Positions 20,308 to 30,256 of a stretch of DNA of 64,000 bases are shown in pieces. The stretch is taken from NCBI RefSeq assembly GCF_029537735.1, contig NZ_JARPUQ010000001.1:776696-840695 (forward strand). The letters run 5' to 3'. This DNA is from Robiginitalea aestuariiviva (GTDB taxonomy: Bacteria > Bacteroidota > Bacteroidia > Flavobacteriales > Flavobacteriaceae). Positions within the stretch are counted from its first letter, which is position 1; each line of letters begins with the position of its first letter. A model generated the notes under the pieces. It saw nothing but the letters and a program-made list of their open reading frames with translations, was not told where the DNA came from and did no database searches. A program made the position numbers and the translations under genes.

Positions 20308-21560
20308 GTCCGGTCGGTTTCTAACTGGAATACCCGGCTGATCAGCTCCATGTACTCGTCCGTATCGGTCTCGGAGTCCTTCAGCTGGTTGGCAAATTGC
20401 CGGGTGATTTTGTTGATGATGCGATCCGTAACCACATCGGCCTGCTCCATATCGAAGCCTGTCATTTTACGGGATTGGAAATCCAGCTCCTCGTCTTTCA
20501 TGGTCTGCAGCTTGCGCTTCAGGGCGCGCAACACCGGGGCAAACCGCCGGGATTCCAGCCACTGGTTAAAATCCGCATGTACTTCGCGGATAATGTTTTC
20601 GGCATCCGGGATAAATTGCTCCCGCTGGCGCAGGGTCTGGTCCGTAATGCGGGACAGCTGGTCCAGGTCTACCACGGTGGTGCCTTCCACCGCTCCAACC
20701 TCAGGGGCTACGTTGGCCGGGACGGATAAATCCAGCACCCAGCGCGGTTTTCCGGGCCGGATCATACTGGCGGTAAGGGTGGGGGCGGCCGCGCCGGTGG
20801 CCACCACAATCACATCAGCCTGGTCCACCTCGGCCTCCAGGATTTCGATGGGCTTTACCTCCAGGTGCAGCTTCTGCCCCAGGGCCTCGGCCCGTTCCAG
20901 GGTGCGGTTAATAAGGGTGATATGGTCGTGCCCGGTGTGCTTGACCAGGTTTTCGCAGGTGTTGCGGCCAATTTTGCCGGTGCCAAACAACAGGATCTTC
21001 TTTCCGGAAATTTCAGGCACCCGGGCCAGCAGGTATTGCACAGAGGCAAAGGCCACGGAAGTAGCGCCGCTGGAGAGGCCGGTTTCATTTTTGATGCGCT
21101 TGCTCGCCTGGATTACCGCATTGGTCAGCCGTTCCAGGAAAGGGTTGGTGATCCCCTTCTCCCGGGCATTGACAAAAGCCTTTTTCAGCTGGCTGATGAT
21201 TTCAAAATCCCCCAGGATCTGGCTGTCCAGGCCAGAACCAACACGGAACAAATGGGAAATGGCATCCTGGTTTTCGTAAACGTAGCCCACAGCATCGAAC
21301 TCGGCTTCGCAGCCCTGGCTGTGCTGGCACAACAGGCGGATCAGGTGCTGGGGGGCTGCAGCAAAGCCGTGCAGTTCGGTTCGGTTGCAGGTACTGGTAA
21401 CCAGCAACCCGTCAATCCCTTCCTGCCGGGCTTGTTCAAGCAACGCCGCTTCGGCCTCCGGCAACAAGGCAAACCGACCCCGGGTTTCGACGTCGGCTTT
21501 CTCATAATTCAATCCAACCGTGATAAACCGGTTATGCTTGGAAATATGATACTTTTTCAT
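20304..21560 (-). CDS. hemA: Glutamyl-tRNA reductase
   Basis: MKKYHISKHNRFITVGLNYEKADVETR...TSTCNRTE (active-site Cys motif); NADPH-binding GTGKIG. 4-nt overlap with hemC. Confidence 0.9.
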   Translation of the reverse strand: MKKYHISKHNRFITVGLNYEKADVETRGRFALLPEAEAALLEQARQEGIDGLLVTSTCNRTELHGFAAAPQHLIRLLCQHSQGCEAEFDAVGYVYENQDAISHLFRVGSGLDSQILGDFEIISQLKKAFVNAREKGITNPFLERLTNAVIQASKRIKNETGLSSGATSVAFASVQYLLARVPEISGKKILLFGTGKIGRNTCENLVKHTGHDHITLINRTLERAEALGQKLHLEVKPIEILEAEVDQADVIVVATGAAAPTLTASMIRPGKPRWVLDLSVPANVAPEVGAVEGTTVVDLDQLSRITDQTLRQREQFIPDAENIIREVHADFNQWLESRRFAPVLRALKRKLQTMKDEELDFQSRKMTGFDMEQADVVTDRIINKITRQFANQLKDSETDTDEYMELISRVFQLETDRT

Positions 21561-21696
21561 AAAGACCGCACAAAAGTAGGGCGATTGTCGGACGAAAAAT
21601 AACGCCAGAAGTTCTTTTAATACCGATAAGGGAGTTGAAAAGGGGGGATAAGGCCCAATTGCACGAAATCCCGTACTTTTGCCCGTATGACGCCCC

Positions 21697-22650
21697 TTGG
21701 GACGTTTTTTATTTAGAACAAATCTAAATAACATAGTCATTTCCCACGTGAAACCCTCCATCGAAAATATCGCCAGCGGTTCAATCCAGGCCCTTGAGGT
21801 AGAAACGGACTTTACCCTGTTGCGGCTGGACAATGCCGAAGACCGGGATGTGCTGGCCCAATATCCCGTAAAACAAGGGCTTTTACAGGTCCACTGCTGC
21901 CTGAAGGGCAATGCCCGTTTTCTCTATAACCAGGGGGCTTATGCCATGGAAGTACCGGCAGAACAATCCTTACTGCTCTATAACCCACAGACCACCCTGC
22001 CCATGGAGGTGGTGCTGGCCCCGGGTACCCGCATGCTCTCCCTGCTGATTCCCATCCGCAGCTTCCACGCCCTGTTTTCGGCCGAGGCAGATACCATCCC
22101 TTTCCTGAACCCGGATTACAAGGACAAGAAGTACTACCAGCAAAACCCCATTTCGCCTTCCCTGTCTGTGGTATTGAGCCAGCTCTGGAACCAGCATATG
22201 CACCCCTCGGTGATACAGTTGTACCATAAGGCCAAGGTGTACGAATGGCTATCCTTATACTTTAACCGCAATACCGACCCCCAGGCGGAACAATGCCCGT
22301 TCCTGGTGGACGAAGACAACCTGGGGCGCATCCGCCGGGCCAAGGAGATCGTGATTGAACGCATGGCCGAGCCGCCCAGCCTGAAGGACCTGGCCGCCGA
22401 AATCGGGTTGCCGCTTAAAAAATTGAAAGAAGGGTTTAAACAGATTTATGGGGATTCCGTCTACAGTTTCCTGTTCGACTATAAAATGGAGATGGCCCGC
22501 AAGATGCTGGAAACAGGGAAATACAATGTAAATGAAGTGGGGTTGAAGGTGGGCTACAGCACCGCCAGCCATTTTATTGCGGCCTTCCGCAAGAAATACC
22601 ACACCACGCCCAAGAAATACCTGCTTTCCCTGGCCCAACCCGGGCGGTAA
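21697..22650 (+). CDS. AraC-family transcriptional regulator (divergent from hemA)
   Basis: C-terminal HTH_18 region (KDLAAEIGLPLKKLKEGFKQIYG...YSTASHFIAAFRKKY). Confidence 0.8.
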   Translation: MGRFLFRTNLNNIVISHVKPSIENIASGSIQALEVETDFTLLRLDNAEDRDVLAQYPVKQGLLQVHCCLKGNARFLYNQGAYAMEVPAEQSLLLYNPQTTLPMEVVLAPGTRMLSLLIPIRSFHALFSAEADTIPFLNPDYKDKKYYQQNPISPSLSVVLSQLWNQHMHPSVIQLYHKAKVYEWLSLYFNRNTDPQAEQCPFLVDEDNLGRIRRAKEIVIERMAEPPSLKDLAAEIGLPLKKLKEGFKQIYGDSVYSFLFDYKMEMARKMLETGKYNVNEVGLKVGYSTASHFIAAFRKKYHTTPKKYLLSLAQPGR

Positions 22651-22655
22651 TGCCT

Positions 22656-23501
22656 TTAGGGGGTCAGGGGCCGGGCCACCACGATCCCGATATTGCTTTT
22701 GATCTTTTTCAGGTAGTCTGCCAGGGGCTCTTCGCTGATCACCACCTCCCCCACGGTTGAGGCGTGCAGCAGGTGGATGCGCCCACTATCCAGACGAATG
22801 GCCAGGCCCGTGTGCGTTACATCCAGGCCGTCTATTCGCGTGGCCAGGGCAATGATATCGCCGTCCTGCAGCAGGGCCTCCCGCTTGGCTACTTCCTCCC
22901 GGGGCAGGATGCAAACCGGGGCATCCGAAAGGGCGGCCTCCACATCCCGCAGGGCCTCGTAGTTCGTATCGTCCGCCAGGAAAGGGTAAAGCTCCCGGTG
23001 TTCCCCCATAAAATTCAGGGGCTTGTACACGGTTACCCCGTACAGCTCCTCGGTGATGTCCCGAACCAGGCCCTTTTCCTCATTGTCGCGAATCCAGTCT
23101 GTGAAATAATGCAGGCGGGAAACATAGCCATCCAATTTGCCCTTGCGATAACGCACCTCTTCCAGACCTTTCAGGTAATGGTCCCATTTCCAGTCGCCTT
23201 CCCGGGCCAGGCGGCTCAGCACCAGCACATTTTCCACATAGGTGGTGCAATCCAGGCCCCGCAGGTTTACCACCAGCATCTCCGTTTCCCCTTCCTCCAA
23301 AGTTTTGGCCACATAGGGAGTGCCCAGAAAGGCCTTGCCCACCTGTACCATGGCCGGGCCCATGGCGGAATCTTCCAAATGCCCCAGGCCCCTGGACAGG
23401 CTGTCGAAAACCGCCTGGTCGTAGGAATGGAAATGGACCTTGCGGTGTTGGGCTTGCAGCCCGAGGGTTGCGGAAAGGAAGAACAGCAGGAAAAACCGCA
23501 T
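22656..23501 (-). CDS. Secreted DUF1460-like (amidase-like) protein
   Basis: Signal peptide MRFFLLFFLSATLGLQAQ; 281 aa. Family assignment tentative. Confidence 0.45.
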   Translation of the reverse strand: MRFFLLFFLSATLGLQAQHRKVHFHSYDQAVFDSLSRGLGHLEDSAMGPAMVQVGKAFLGTPYVAKTLEEGETEMLVVNLRGLDCTTYVENVLVLSRLAREGDWKWDHYLKGLEEVRYRKGKLDGYVSRLHYFTDWIRDNEEKGLVRDITEELYGVTVYKPLNFMGEHRELYPFLADDTNYEALRDVEAALSDAPVCILPREEVAKREALLQDGDIIALATRIDGLDVTHTGLAIRLDSGRIHLLHASTVGEVVISEEPLADYLKKIKSNIGIVVARPLTP

Positions 23502-23537
23502 AGCAATGATTTTAAATTAAAGGTACATTACATTCCC

Positions 23538-24668
23538 CTATCCGGCAGGGGGGCTGGGGTTAAAATTTTCTGTGGGCTGCAGCAAAACCCGCGTGCGTGC
23601 CAGGTGGTCCGGATAGTGCTCCTGCAGGTAGGCGATCAGTTTTTCACGCACATATACCCTGAGGTCCCAGGCTTTGGTGGCATCCGAGGCACTCACCAGC
23701 ACCCGCAGTTCCACAAACCCCGGCTTGCTGTCCGTTACCTGGATGTTGGCCACCTGTCCGTCCCACAATTCGTGCTCCGAAACCAGGCGCTGCAGCTCCT
23801 TGCGCACGGGTTCAATGGGCAGGGTATAGTCGGTGTACAGGAAAACCACCCCGATCAGGTCCGAGGAAGTCTTGGTCCAGTTCTGGAAGGGCTGTTCAAT
23901 AAAATAAGTGGTGGGCAGCACCAACCGACGCTTGTCCCAGATGCGCACCACCACATAGGTGAGGGTGATCTCCTCGATATTGCCCCATTCCCCTTCCACG
24001 ATTACCACATCGTCCAGGCGGATGGGCTGGGTGATGGCAATTTGTATCCCGGCCAGGATGGTGCCGATCATTTTCTGGGCAGACAACCCGATAATAATCC
24101 CGGCCACCCCGGCGGAGGCAAAGACGCTCACCCCGATTTCCCGGATGCTCTCAAAACTCATCAGGGCCAGGCCCAGGGCCAGGATAATGACAATAAAGAT
24201 CACGATGCGTTCCAGGATGGTGAATTGGGTGTAGACCTTCCGGGCCTTCAGGTTGTCCGACTCCCCGATGTCGTATTTGGCAATGATGAGTTTCTTGACT
24301 ACCCTCAGGGCGCGGATCACCAGCCAGGTAAAGGAAAAGATAAACAACAGGGTGCTGGCCTTGCGAAAGTACCAGCCAAAATCTCCCATCCCCAAAACCT
24401 CGCGCAGGGATTGCATCCGCAGGATAAGGGATACCACCAGCAAAAACAGGGGGATAGCTACCTGGCGCACCGTGCCCCTGGGCAGGAGGTAGTCCGGGTT
24501 TTTACCATAGCGTCGCAGCAGATAGGCCAGGACCAGGTAGGCCATCAAAAAGGCAAAAAGCGCCAGGCTCAGGTACAGGATCGCGCGTTGGGATTCGTCC
24601 TTCAGGATTTCGTTAAGCATGGCCGGCGAGTTTTTCGGGAAGCTAAAAAAATTCAGGGGCATTGCCAA
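23538..24668 (-). CDS. Mechanosensitive ion channel (MscS family)
   Basis: Several TM helices then an MscS beta-domain; 376 aa. Start may be the internal Met (24620). Confidence 0.8.
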   Translation of the reverse strand: MAMPLNFFSFPKNSPAMLNEILKDESQRAILYLSLALFAFLMAYLVLAYLLRRYGKNPDYLLPRGTVRQVAIPLFLLVVSLILRMQSLREVLGMGDFGWYFRKASTLLFIFSFTWLVIRALRVVKKLIIAKYDIGESDNLKARKVYTQFTILERIVIFIVIILALGLALMSFESIREIGVSVFASAGVAGIIIGLSAQKMIGTILAGIQIAITQPIRLDDVVIVEGEWGNIEEITLTYVVVRIWDKRRLVLPTTYFIEQPFQNWTKTSSDLIGVVFLYTDYTLPIEPVRKELQRLVSEHELWDGQVANIQVTDSKPGFVELRVLVSASDATKAWDLRVYVREKLIAYLQEHYPDHLARTRVLLQPTENFNPSPPAG

Positions 24669-24793
24669 TGACCGGGGTCAGAGATTGGTTTTGTTTATGC
24701 CGGTATTGGGATTTGAAGGCTGGCTTTTCGGCGGAATTGCGCGGCTTGGCTTATTTTTGCGCAGCAAACAACCTTCCTGTAATCCCTGCCTGT

Positions 24794-25825
24794 ATGAAAG
24801 GTGTACTACTGGTTAACCTGGGCTCGCCGGACAGCCCCACCCCCAAGGACGTAAAACCGTACCTGGACGAATTCCTGATGGACGAACGGGTGATCGACGC
24901 CCCCAAATGGCTCCGGACCCTGTTGGTGCGGGGCATTATCCTGAACACCCGCCCCAAACGCTCCGCCAAGGCCTATGCCAAAATCTGGTGGGAAGAGGGC
25001 TCGCCCCTGATTATCCTCTCCGAGCGTTTCCGCGAGAAGGTACAGGCCCATACGGAGATGCCTGTGGCCCTGGGGATGCGCTACGGCTCCGGCAGTATTG
25101 AAGAAGGGATGCGGGAACTGGAGGCCAAAGGTGTGGATGAGGTGCTGCTAGTGCCCCTCTACCCCCACTATGCCATGAGCTCCTACGAAACCGTGGTGGT
25201 GAAGGCTCTGGAAGTACAGGCGGCCCATTTCCCGAACATGCGGGTAACTACCTTCCCGGCTTTCTATAAAGACCCCCGCTATATTGAAGTGTTGTCCCGT
25301 TCCATTGCCGAAGGGCTGGAGGGCTTTGAATACGATCACATCTTATTTTCTTACCACGGCATCCCGGAGCGGCACATCCGCAAGTCCGACCCCACGCACT
25401 TTCACTGTAAGATTGACGGGCAGTGCTGCCAGACCAATTCCGTGGCCCACCACACCTGTTACCGCCACCAGTGTTACGACACCACGGAGCTGGTTACCCA
25501 GGCGCTGAACCTGCCTAAGGACAAGGTGAGTACTTCTTTCCAGAGCCGCCTGGCCGGAGACCCGTGGCTGAAGCCGTATACGGATTACGAGCTGGAGCGC
25601 TTTGCCAAGGAAGGCAAAACCCGTCTGGCGGTAATTACCCCGGCCTTTGTTTCGGACTGCCTGGAAACCCTGGAGGAAATTGCCATGGAAGGAAAGGAAG
25701 ATTTCCTGGAAGCCGGGGGCACGGACTACATCCACATCCCCTGCCTGAACGACCGGGAAGACTGGGTGGCTCTGATGGGGCAGTGGATAAACACGTGGAA
25801 AGAAACCGCTGCGCTGCCCGTCTAG
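24794..25825 (+). CDS. hemH: Ferrochelatase
   Basis: MKGVLLVNLGSPDSPTPKDVKPYLDEFLMDERV... The six-frame ORF starts earlier, but the conserved N-terminus is at 24794. Confidence 0.9.
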   Translation: MKGVLLVNLGSPDSPTPKDVKPYLDEFLMDERVIDAPKWLRTLLVRGIILNTRPKRSAKAYAKIWWEEGSPLIILSERFREKVQAHTEMPVALGMRYGSGSIEEGMRELEAKGVDEVLLVPLYPHYAMSSYETVVVKALEVQAAHFPNMRVTTFPAFYKDPRYIEVLSRSIAEGLEGFEYDHILFSYHGIPERHIRKSDPTHFHCKIDGQCCQTNSVAHHTCYRHQCYDTTELVTQALNLPKDKVSTSFQSRLAGDPWLKPYTDYELERFAKEGKTRLAVITPAFVSDCLETLEEIAMEGKEDFLEAGGTDYIHIPCLNDREDWVALMGQWINTWKETAALPV

Positions 25826-25908
25826 GGGCTGCTTTTGTTTTGCAGGATAGCATCCGATCTTGCACCCTAGGGCGGGGGGGCACCCCCAAAGGATGCAATC
25901 GATTTAAA

Positions 25909-25945
25909 AAATGCCCGCCCAAAAGCGGGCATTTGCGTATTTTTA
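25909..25945 (+). terminator. Rho-independent terminator after hemH (ATGCCCGC-ccaaaa-GCGGGCAT then a T-rich tail)
   Basis: Perfect 8-bp stem, A-run upstream, TTTGCGTATTTTT downstream. Confidence 0.5.
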
Positions 25946-25968
25946 AGCTCCCCTGAAAACCCAACCCT

Positions 25969-27660
25969 ATGAAACGTTTTGTACTGCTTTCCTTTTTCCT
26001 GTTTACCCTCTTCAGCCTCCATGCCCAGGACCGGATTACCGGGGCGCTAAACGTGACCCGTTCCGAGGTCCTGGCCCAACATGGCATGGTGGCTACCAGC
26101 CACCCCCTGGCCACCCAGGTGGGGCTGGACATCCTGAAAAAAGGCGGCACGGCTATAGACGCGGCCATTGCCGCGAATGCCACGCTGGGCCTGATGGAGC
26201 CCACCGGCTGCGGAATAGGCGGAGACCTGTTTGCCATTGTCTGGGACGCTAAAACCCAGCAGCTTTACGGCCTGAATGCCAGCGGCCGCTCCCCCCAGGC
26301 CCTGACCCTGGACTACTTTAAAAAAGAGGGGCTGGAAAAGATCCCATCCCACGGCCCCCTGCCGGTAAGCGTACCCGGGGCGGTTAGCGGGTGGTTTGAA
26401 CTCCATGGCAAGTTCGGGTCCATGCCCATGTCCGACCTGCTTGCCCCGGCCATTGACTATGCCGAAAACGGCTTTCCCTTAACCGAGCTTATTGCGTGGT
26501 ACATGCAGAATTCCGTGCCCTTCTATATGCGGCAGGGCTTCCCGAATATCCGGGAGACGTACATGGACCAGAATGGCGGGAAACTGCCCGGGGAAGGCGA
26601 TATCTATAAAAACCCCTTTCTGGCCAACACCTACCGGGCCATTGCCAAAGGCGGGCGGGACGGCTTTTACAAAGGTCGCATTGCCCGCACCATTGCGGAC
26701 TTTGTACAATCCCAGGGCGGCTTCCTCTCCGAGAAAGATTTGGCCAGCCACACCGCGGAATGGGTAACCCCGGTATCCGTGAATTACCGGGGGTACGACG
26801 TTTGGGAGCTGCCGCCCAACGGGCAGGGGATTGCCGCCCTGCAGATGCTGCAGATCCTGGAGGGCTACGACTTTTCCAACATCCCTTTTGGCAGTGCAGA
26901 GCACCTGCACCTCTTTACCGAGGCCAAGAAACTGGCCTTTGAAGACCGGGCCCAGTACTATGCAGACATGGACTTTGCCCAGGTGCCGGTAGAGACCCTA
27001 CTCTCGGACATCTATGCGGACAACCGCCGCCAGCAGATTACCGACCGGGCCGGGGAATACAAGGCCGGGCAGATTTCTGCCGGGGAAACCATTTATATGA
27101 CTGCGGCGGACCAGTATGGGAATATGATTTCCCTGATCCAGAGCAACTACCGCGGCATGGGCTCCGGGATGGTGCCCCCCGGGCTGGGCTTTATGCTGCA
27201 GGACCGGGGCGAGCTCTTCAGCCTGACCGAGGGGCAGGCCAATACCTACGAACCCGGAAAACGTCCCTTCCACACCATTATCCCGGCCTTCATTACCAAG
27301 GACGGGAAGCCCTGGGTGAGCTTCGGGGTGATGGGCGGGGATTTCCAGCCCCAGGGCCACTCCCAGATTGTGATGAACCTCATCGATTTTGGCATGAACC
27401 TGCAGGAAGCCGGGGACGCCCCCCGCTGGGACCACACCGGGGGCTCCAGCCCTACCGGGGCACGCGGGGGCGAAGGCCGGGTGCGCATTGAATCCGGCAT
27501 CCCCTACGAAACGGTACGCGGCCTGATGGACCGCGGCCACACCGTGCAATTTGCCCGGGGCGTTTACGGCGGGTACCAGGCCATCCTTTGGGATGCCGAA
27601 CAGGGCGTGTATCACGGCGCCTCCGAAAGCCGGAAGGACGGGCAGGCAGCGGGGTATTAA
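25969..27660 (+). CDS. ggt: Gamma-glutamyltransferase
   Basis: Signal peptide; 563 aa; conserved autoprocessing-site Thr region (TTHYS-like ...GETIYMTAADQYGNM). Confidence 0.9.
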   Translation: MKRFVLLSFFLFTLFSLHAQDRITGALNVTRSEVLAQHGMVATSHPLATQVGLDILKKGGTAIDAAIAANATLGLMEPTGCGIGGDLFAIVWDAKTQQLYGLNASGRSPQALTLDYFKKEGLEKIPSHGPLPVSVPGAVSGWFELHGKFGSMPMSDLLAPAIDYAENGFPLTELIAWYMQNSVPFYMRQGFPNIRETYMDQNGGKLPGEGDIYKNPFLANTYRAIAKGGRDGFYKGRIARTIADFVQSQGGFLSEKDLASHTAEWVTPVSVNYRGYDVWELPPNGQGIAALQMLQILEGYDFSNIPFGSAEHLHLFTEAKKLAFEDRAQYYADMDFAQVPVETLLSDIYADNRRQQITDRAGEYKAGQISAGETIYMTAADQYGNMISLIQSNYRGMGSGMVPPGLGFMLQDRGELFSLTEGQANTYEPGKRPFHTIIPAFITKDGKPWVSFGVMGGDFQPQGHSQIVMNLIDFGMNLQEAGDAPRWDHTGGSSPTGARGGEGRVRIESGIPYETVRGLMDRGHTVQFARGVYGGYQAILWDAEQGVYHGASESRKDGQAAGY

Positions 27661-27711
27661 CAGATGCCCCTAAAAGGTTTGAGGTGAGTCCCAACCTGGG
27701 GCTCGAAGTTG

Positions 27712-28386
27712 ATCCGCGACTGCCTCGCGGTAGGATCATTCTTTTTTGACCGGACATTATATGCTCCGCGGCTGCGTCGCGTCGCCACTTTATGTTCATT
27801 TTCTTTGCTGGCCCAAAGAAAACGAACCAAAAGAAAAGGCCTTTCCGGCGAACTTCTGTCCCTTGAAATCTACGTCAGGGGTGCTGCCCGCCGCTGACTT
27901 ACTCAGTGCTCAGGCGAATGTATCCATAGTCCCCTCACTTAAATTCATCCACTGGATGAATTTTGGTCGTTCGGCCCTGAAGCGGCTCAACTTCGTTGTC
28001 AGCACGCCCTTCCTCGATTTACTACGGTTCAGAACTTATGCCGGGATTGGGCCCAAACCAAAGAATTGCTAGCGCTAACGAAAGCAAAACTTTACCCAAA
28101 TCCTAGCCCGTAAATTTTACTTCCGCCGCAGGCGGAAAACCCCCGAGGTTCAGCGTAAGGTATCGGAAGCGTTAAGAAGGCGGGAAGCCTTGGACCGTCT
28201 TTAGCTTCCGGTGCCTGGTTTTGCAGTGCAAACTGCAAAAACGCCTAAGCGAGGGCGCCGTTTTCTTTGCTTCGTTTCTTTTATTCACGCTCTAGTTCAT
28301 TTGCTTTTATCGGAGTTCATGAATGCTGCGCATTTGGGCGAGCAAAAGAAATGAAGAGATAGCGCGAGGCGGCGCAGCCGCCGAGC
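27712..28386 (+). mobile_element. MITE-like intergenic repeat, copy A (about 675 bp; contains a 55-bp insertion relative to copies B/C)
   Basis: Shares near-identical segments with copies B and C (for example cggaaaacccccgaggttcagcgtaaggtatcggaagcgttaagaaggcgggaagccttggaccgtc). Imperfect terminal inverted repeats: left gctccgcggctgcgtcgcgtcgccactttatgttcattttctttgctggcccaaagaaaacgaacc, right ...gttcgtttcttttgggcgagcaaaagaaatgaagagatagcgcgaggcggcgcagccgc. Confidence 0.75.
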
Positions 28387-28459
28387 ATACCCCCTTAAAG
28401 GAAAATTCTCTGGCTTTGCCATCCAATTCAATTACCTTTGAACCTCCCTTCAAACCCCT

Positions 28460-29836
28460 ATGGCTAAAGTAACCTCAGACCAACTCGGCACCCAACTCAT
28501 CGGGCCATTGCTGATCCGGCAGGCTGTGCCCGCAGCGATCGGGATTTTGGTGATGAGCCTGAACATCCTGGTAGATACCATCTTTGTGGGCAACTGGATT
28601 GGGTCTATCGCCATTGCTGCCATCAATGTGGTGCTGCCGGTGTCCTTTTTTATTGCGGCCCTGGGGATGGCCATTGGCATTGGGGGCAGCAGTATCATTT
28701 CCCGCGCCCTGGGGGCGGACCACAAGGAAAAAGCGCTGCGCACCTTCGGGAACCAGCTTAGCCTGACCCTCCTGATCACGGTGTCTATGGTGGCCCTGGG
28801 CCTTTGGTTTGCCGACGGGCTAATCCCGGCCTTCGGGGGGAAAGGCGGCATCTTTGAGCCGGCCAAAACCTATTACACCATTGTACTCTACGGGGTGCCC
28901 TTCCTGGCGCTGTGTATGATGGGGAACACGGTAATCCGGGCCGAAGGCAAGCCCAAGTTTGCCATGATTGCCATGATCATCCCCTCGGTGGGGAACCTGG
29001 TTTTTGACTACATCTTTATCTACGTGTTCGACTGGGGGATGGAAGGGGCCGCCTGGGCCACCACCGGCAGCTACCTGGTCTGTTTTGCCTACATTTTCTG
29101 GTTCTTCCTCTCCCAAAACTCCGAACTCAAGATCGGGTGGCACCACCTGGGGCTGGAACCCGGCATCCTGAAGGAGATGGGCGCCCTGGGCTTTGTAACC
29201 CTGGCGCGGCAGGCTGTGACCTCCATCACCTACCTGCTGCTGAACAACATCCTCTTTGAACTGGGCGGGGAGCCCATGGTGGCCGTCTATGCCATTATTG
29301 GGCGCATGCTCATGTTTGCCCTGTTCCCGGTATTCGGGGTTACCCAGGGCTTTTTACCCATTGCCGGGTTCAACTACGGGGCGCATAAATACGCCCGGGT
29401 GAAGGAAACCATCTATACCGCCATCAAATATGCGGCTGCCGTGGCCACCCTGGTCTTTATTTTGCTCATGGCTTTCCCTGCAGAAATTGCCGAGCTTTTC
29501 CTGAGCAACCGGGCGGGGTTGTCTGCGGAGCAAATGGCCAACAATGCCTTTGTGCTGGAGCACACCCCGGGGGCCATGCGGTGGGTGTTTGCCGCCACCC
29601 CCATCATTGCGCTACAGCTTATTGGGGCGGCTTATTTCCAGGCCATCGGGAAAGCCATTCCGGCCCTTTTGCTTACCCTTACCCGCCAGGGCTTTTTCTT
29701 TATCCCCCTGATTTTGATCCTGCCCCGCTTTTTCGGGGAGCTGGGGGTGTGGATCAGCTTTGCCATTGCCGATGTGCTGGCCACCCTAGTGACCGGGTAC
29801 TTCCTGAAACAGGAGGTAGACCGCACCCTGAAGTAA
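28460..29836 (+). CDS. MATE-family efflux transporter
   Basis: 458 aa, 12 predicted TM helices. Confidence 0.85.
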   Translation: MAKVTSDQLGTQLIGPLLIRQAVPAAIGILVMSLNILVDTIFVGNWIGSIAIAAINVVLPVSFFIAALGMAIGIGGSSIISRALGADHKEKALRTFGNQLSLTLLITVSMVALGLWFADGLIPAFGGKGGIFEPAKTYYTIVLYGVPFLALCMMGNTVIRAEGKPKFAMIAMIIPSVGNLVFDYIFIYVFDWGMEGAAWATTGSYLVCFAYIFWFFLSQNSELKIGWHHLGLEPGILKEMGALGFVTLARQAVTSITYLLLNNILFELGGEPMVAVYAIIGRMLMFALFPVFGVTQGFLPIAGFNYGAHKYARVKETIYTAIKYAAAVATLVFILLMAFPAEIAELFLSNRAGLSAEQMANNAFVLEHTPGAMRWVFAATPIIALQLIGAAYFQAIGKAIPALLLTLTRQGFFFIPLILILPRFFGELGVWISFAIADVLATLVTGYFLKQEVDRTLK

Positions 29837-29842
29837 GCCGGG

Positions 29843-30151
29843 TTACACCTCCCCTTTCCAAACGGTATTGAGGCATTCCCCTGAGGGGTTTTGCCGGGCG
29901 ATCAATTGCTGTTGCCGCTCCGGCGGCCAGGCGCGGATCTCCCGCTCCCGCCGGCGGGCACTACGAAAATCCGGATAGGTTTCCAGGTAGAGCAGACAGT
30001 AACAGCCGTGCTTCCCGGCATAGGAAAACCGCAGCCCTTTGCTGTCGTTTTCGTGTTCGGTCAGGCGGCGGTGCAGGTTACGGGTAACCCCAACGTAATA
30101 AACCGTGCGGGCCGTATTGGAGGTGATGTATAACAGATGGGCTGGTGGCAT
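29843..30151 (-). CDS. GIY-YIG nuclease-domain protein
   Basis: VYYVGVTRNLHRRLTEHE motif. Start chosen at MPPAHLLYIT; longer ORF to 30235 is possible. Confidence 0.55.
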   Translation of the reverse strand: MPPAHLLYITSNTARTVYYVGVTRNLHRRLTEHENDSKGLRFSYAGKHGCYCLLYLETYPDFRSARRREREIRAWPPERQQQLIARQNPSGECLNTVWKGEV

Positions 30152-30256
30152 ACCCAAAGGTGCGAAGCCACCCTGCAACCCCATTGCAGGAATAAAAAAA
30201 CCACGCCCGGAGGAATCCGGACATGGCCTTTTCACGTGTTTAAGCAGTGGGGGATG

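Noticed and set aside
20304-21911. 535-aa ORF extending hemA upstream
   Set aside because: Conserved HemA N-terminus starts at MKKYHISKHNRFITVG (21560). Upstream part lies in the divergent promoter region shared with the AraC gene.
22764-24671. 635-aa plus-strand ORF spanning the DUF1460-like and MscS genes on the opposite strand
   Set aside because: Low-complexity G/Q/H/P-rich product crossing two well-supported minus-strand genes (signal peptide; TM helices plus MscS domain). GC-driven artefact.
27746-28072. Short ORFs inside the MITE copies (27709..27897, 27746..28072, 33707..34024, 50315..50659)
   Set aside because: Different reading frames are open in different copies: the frame open in A and B is closed or replaced in C and vice versa. 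So the conservation is at nucleotide level and the element is treated as non-coding.
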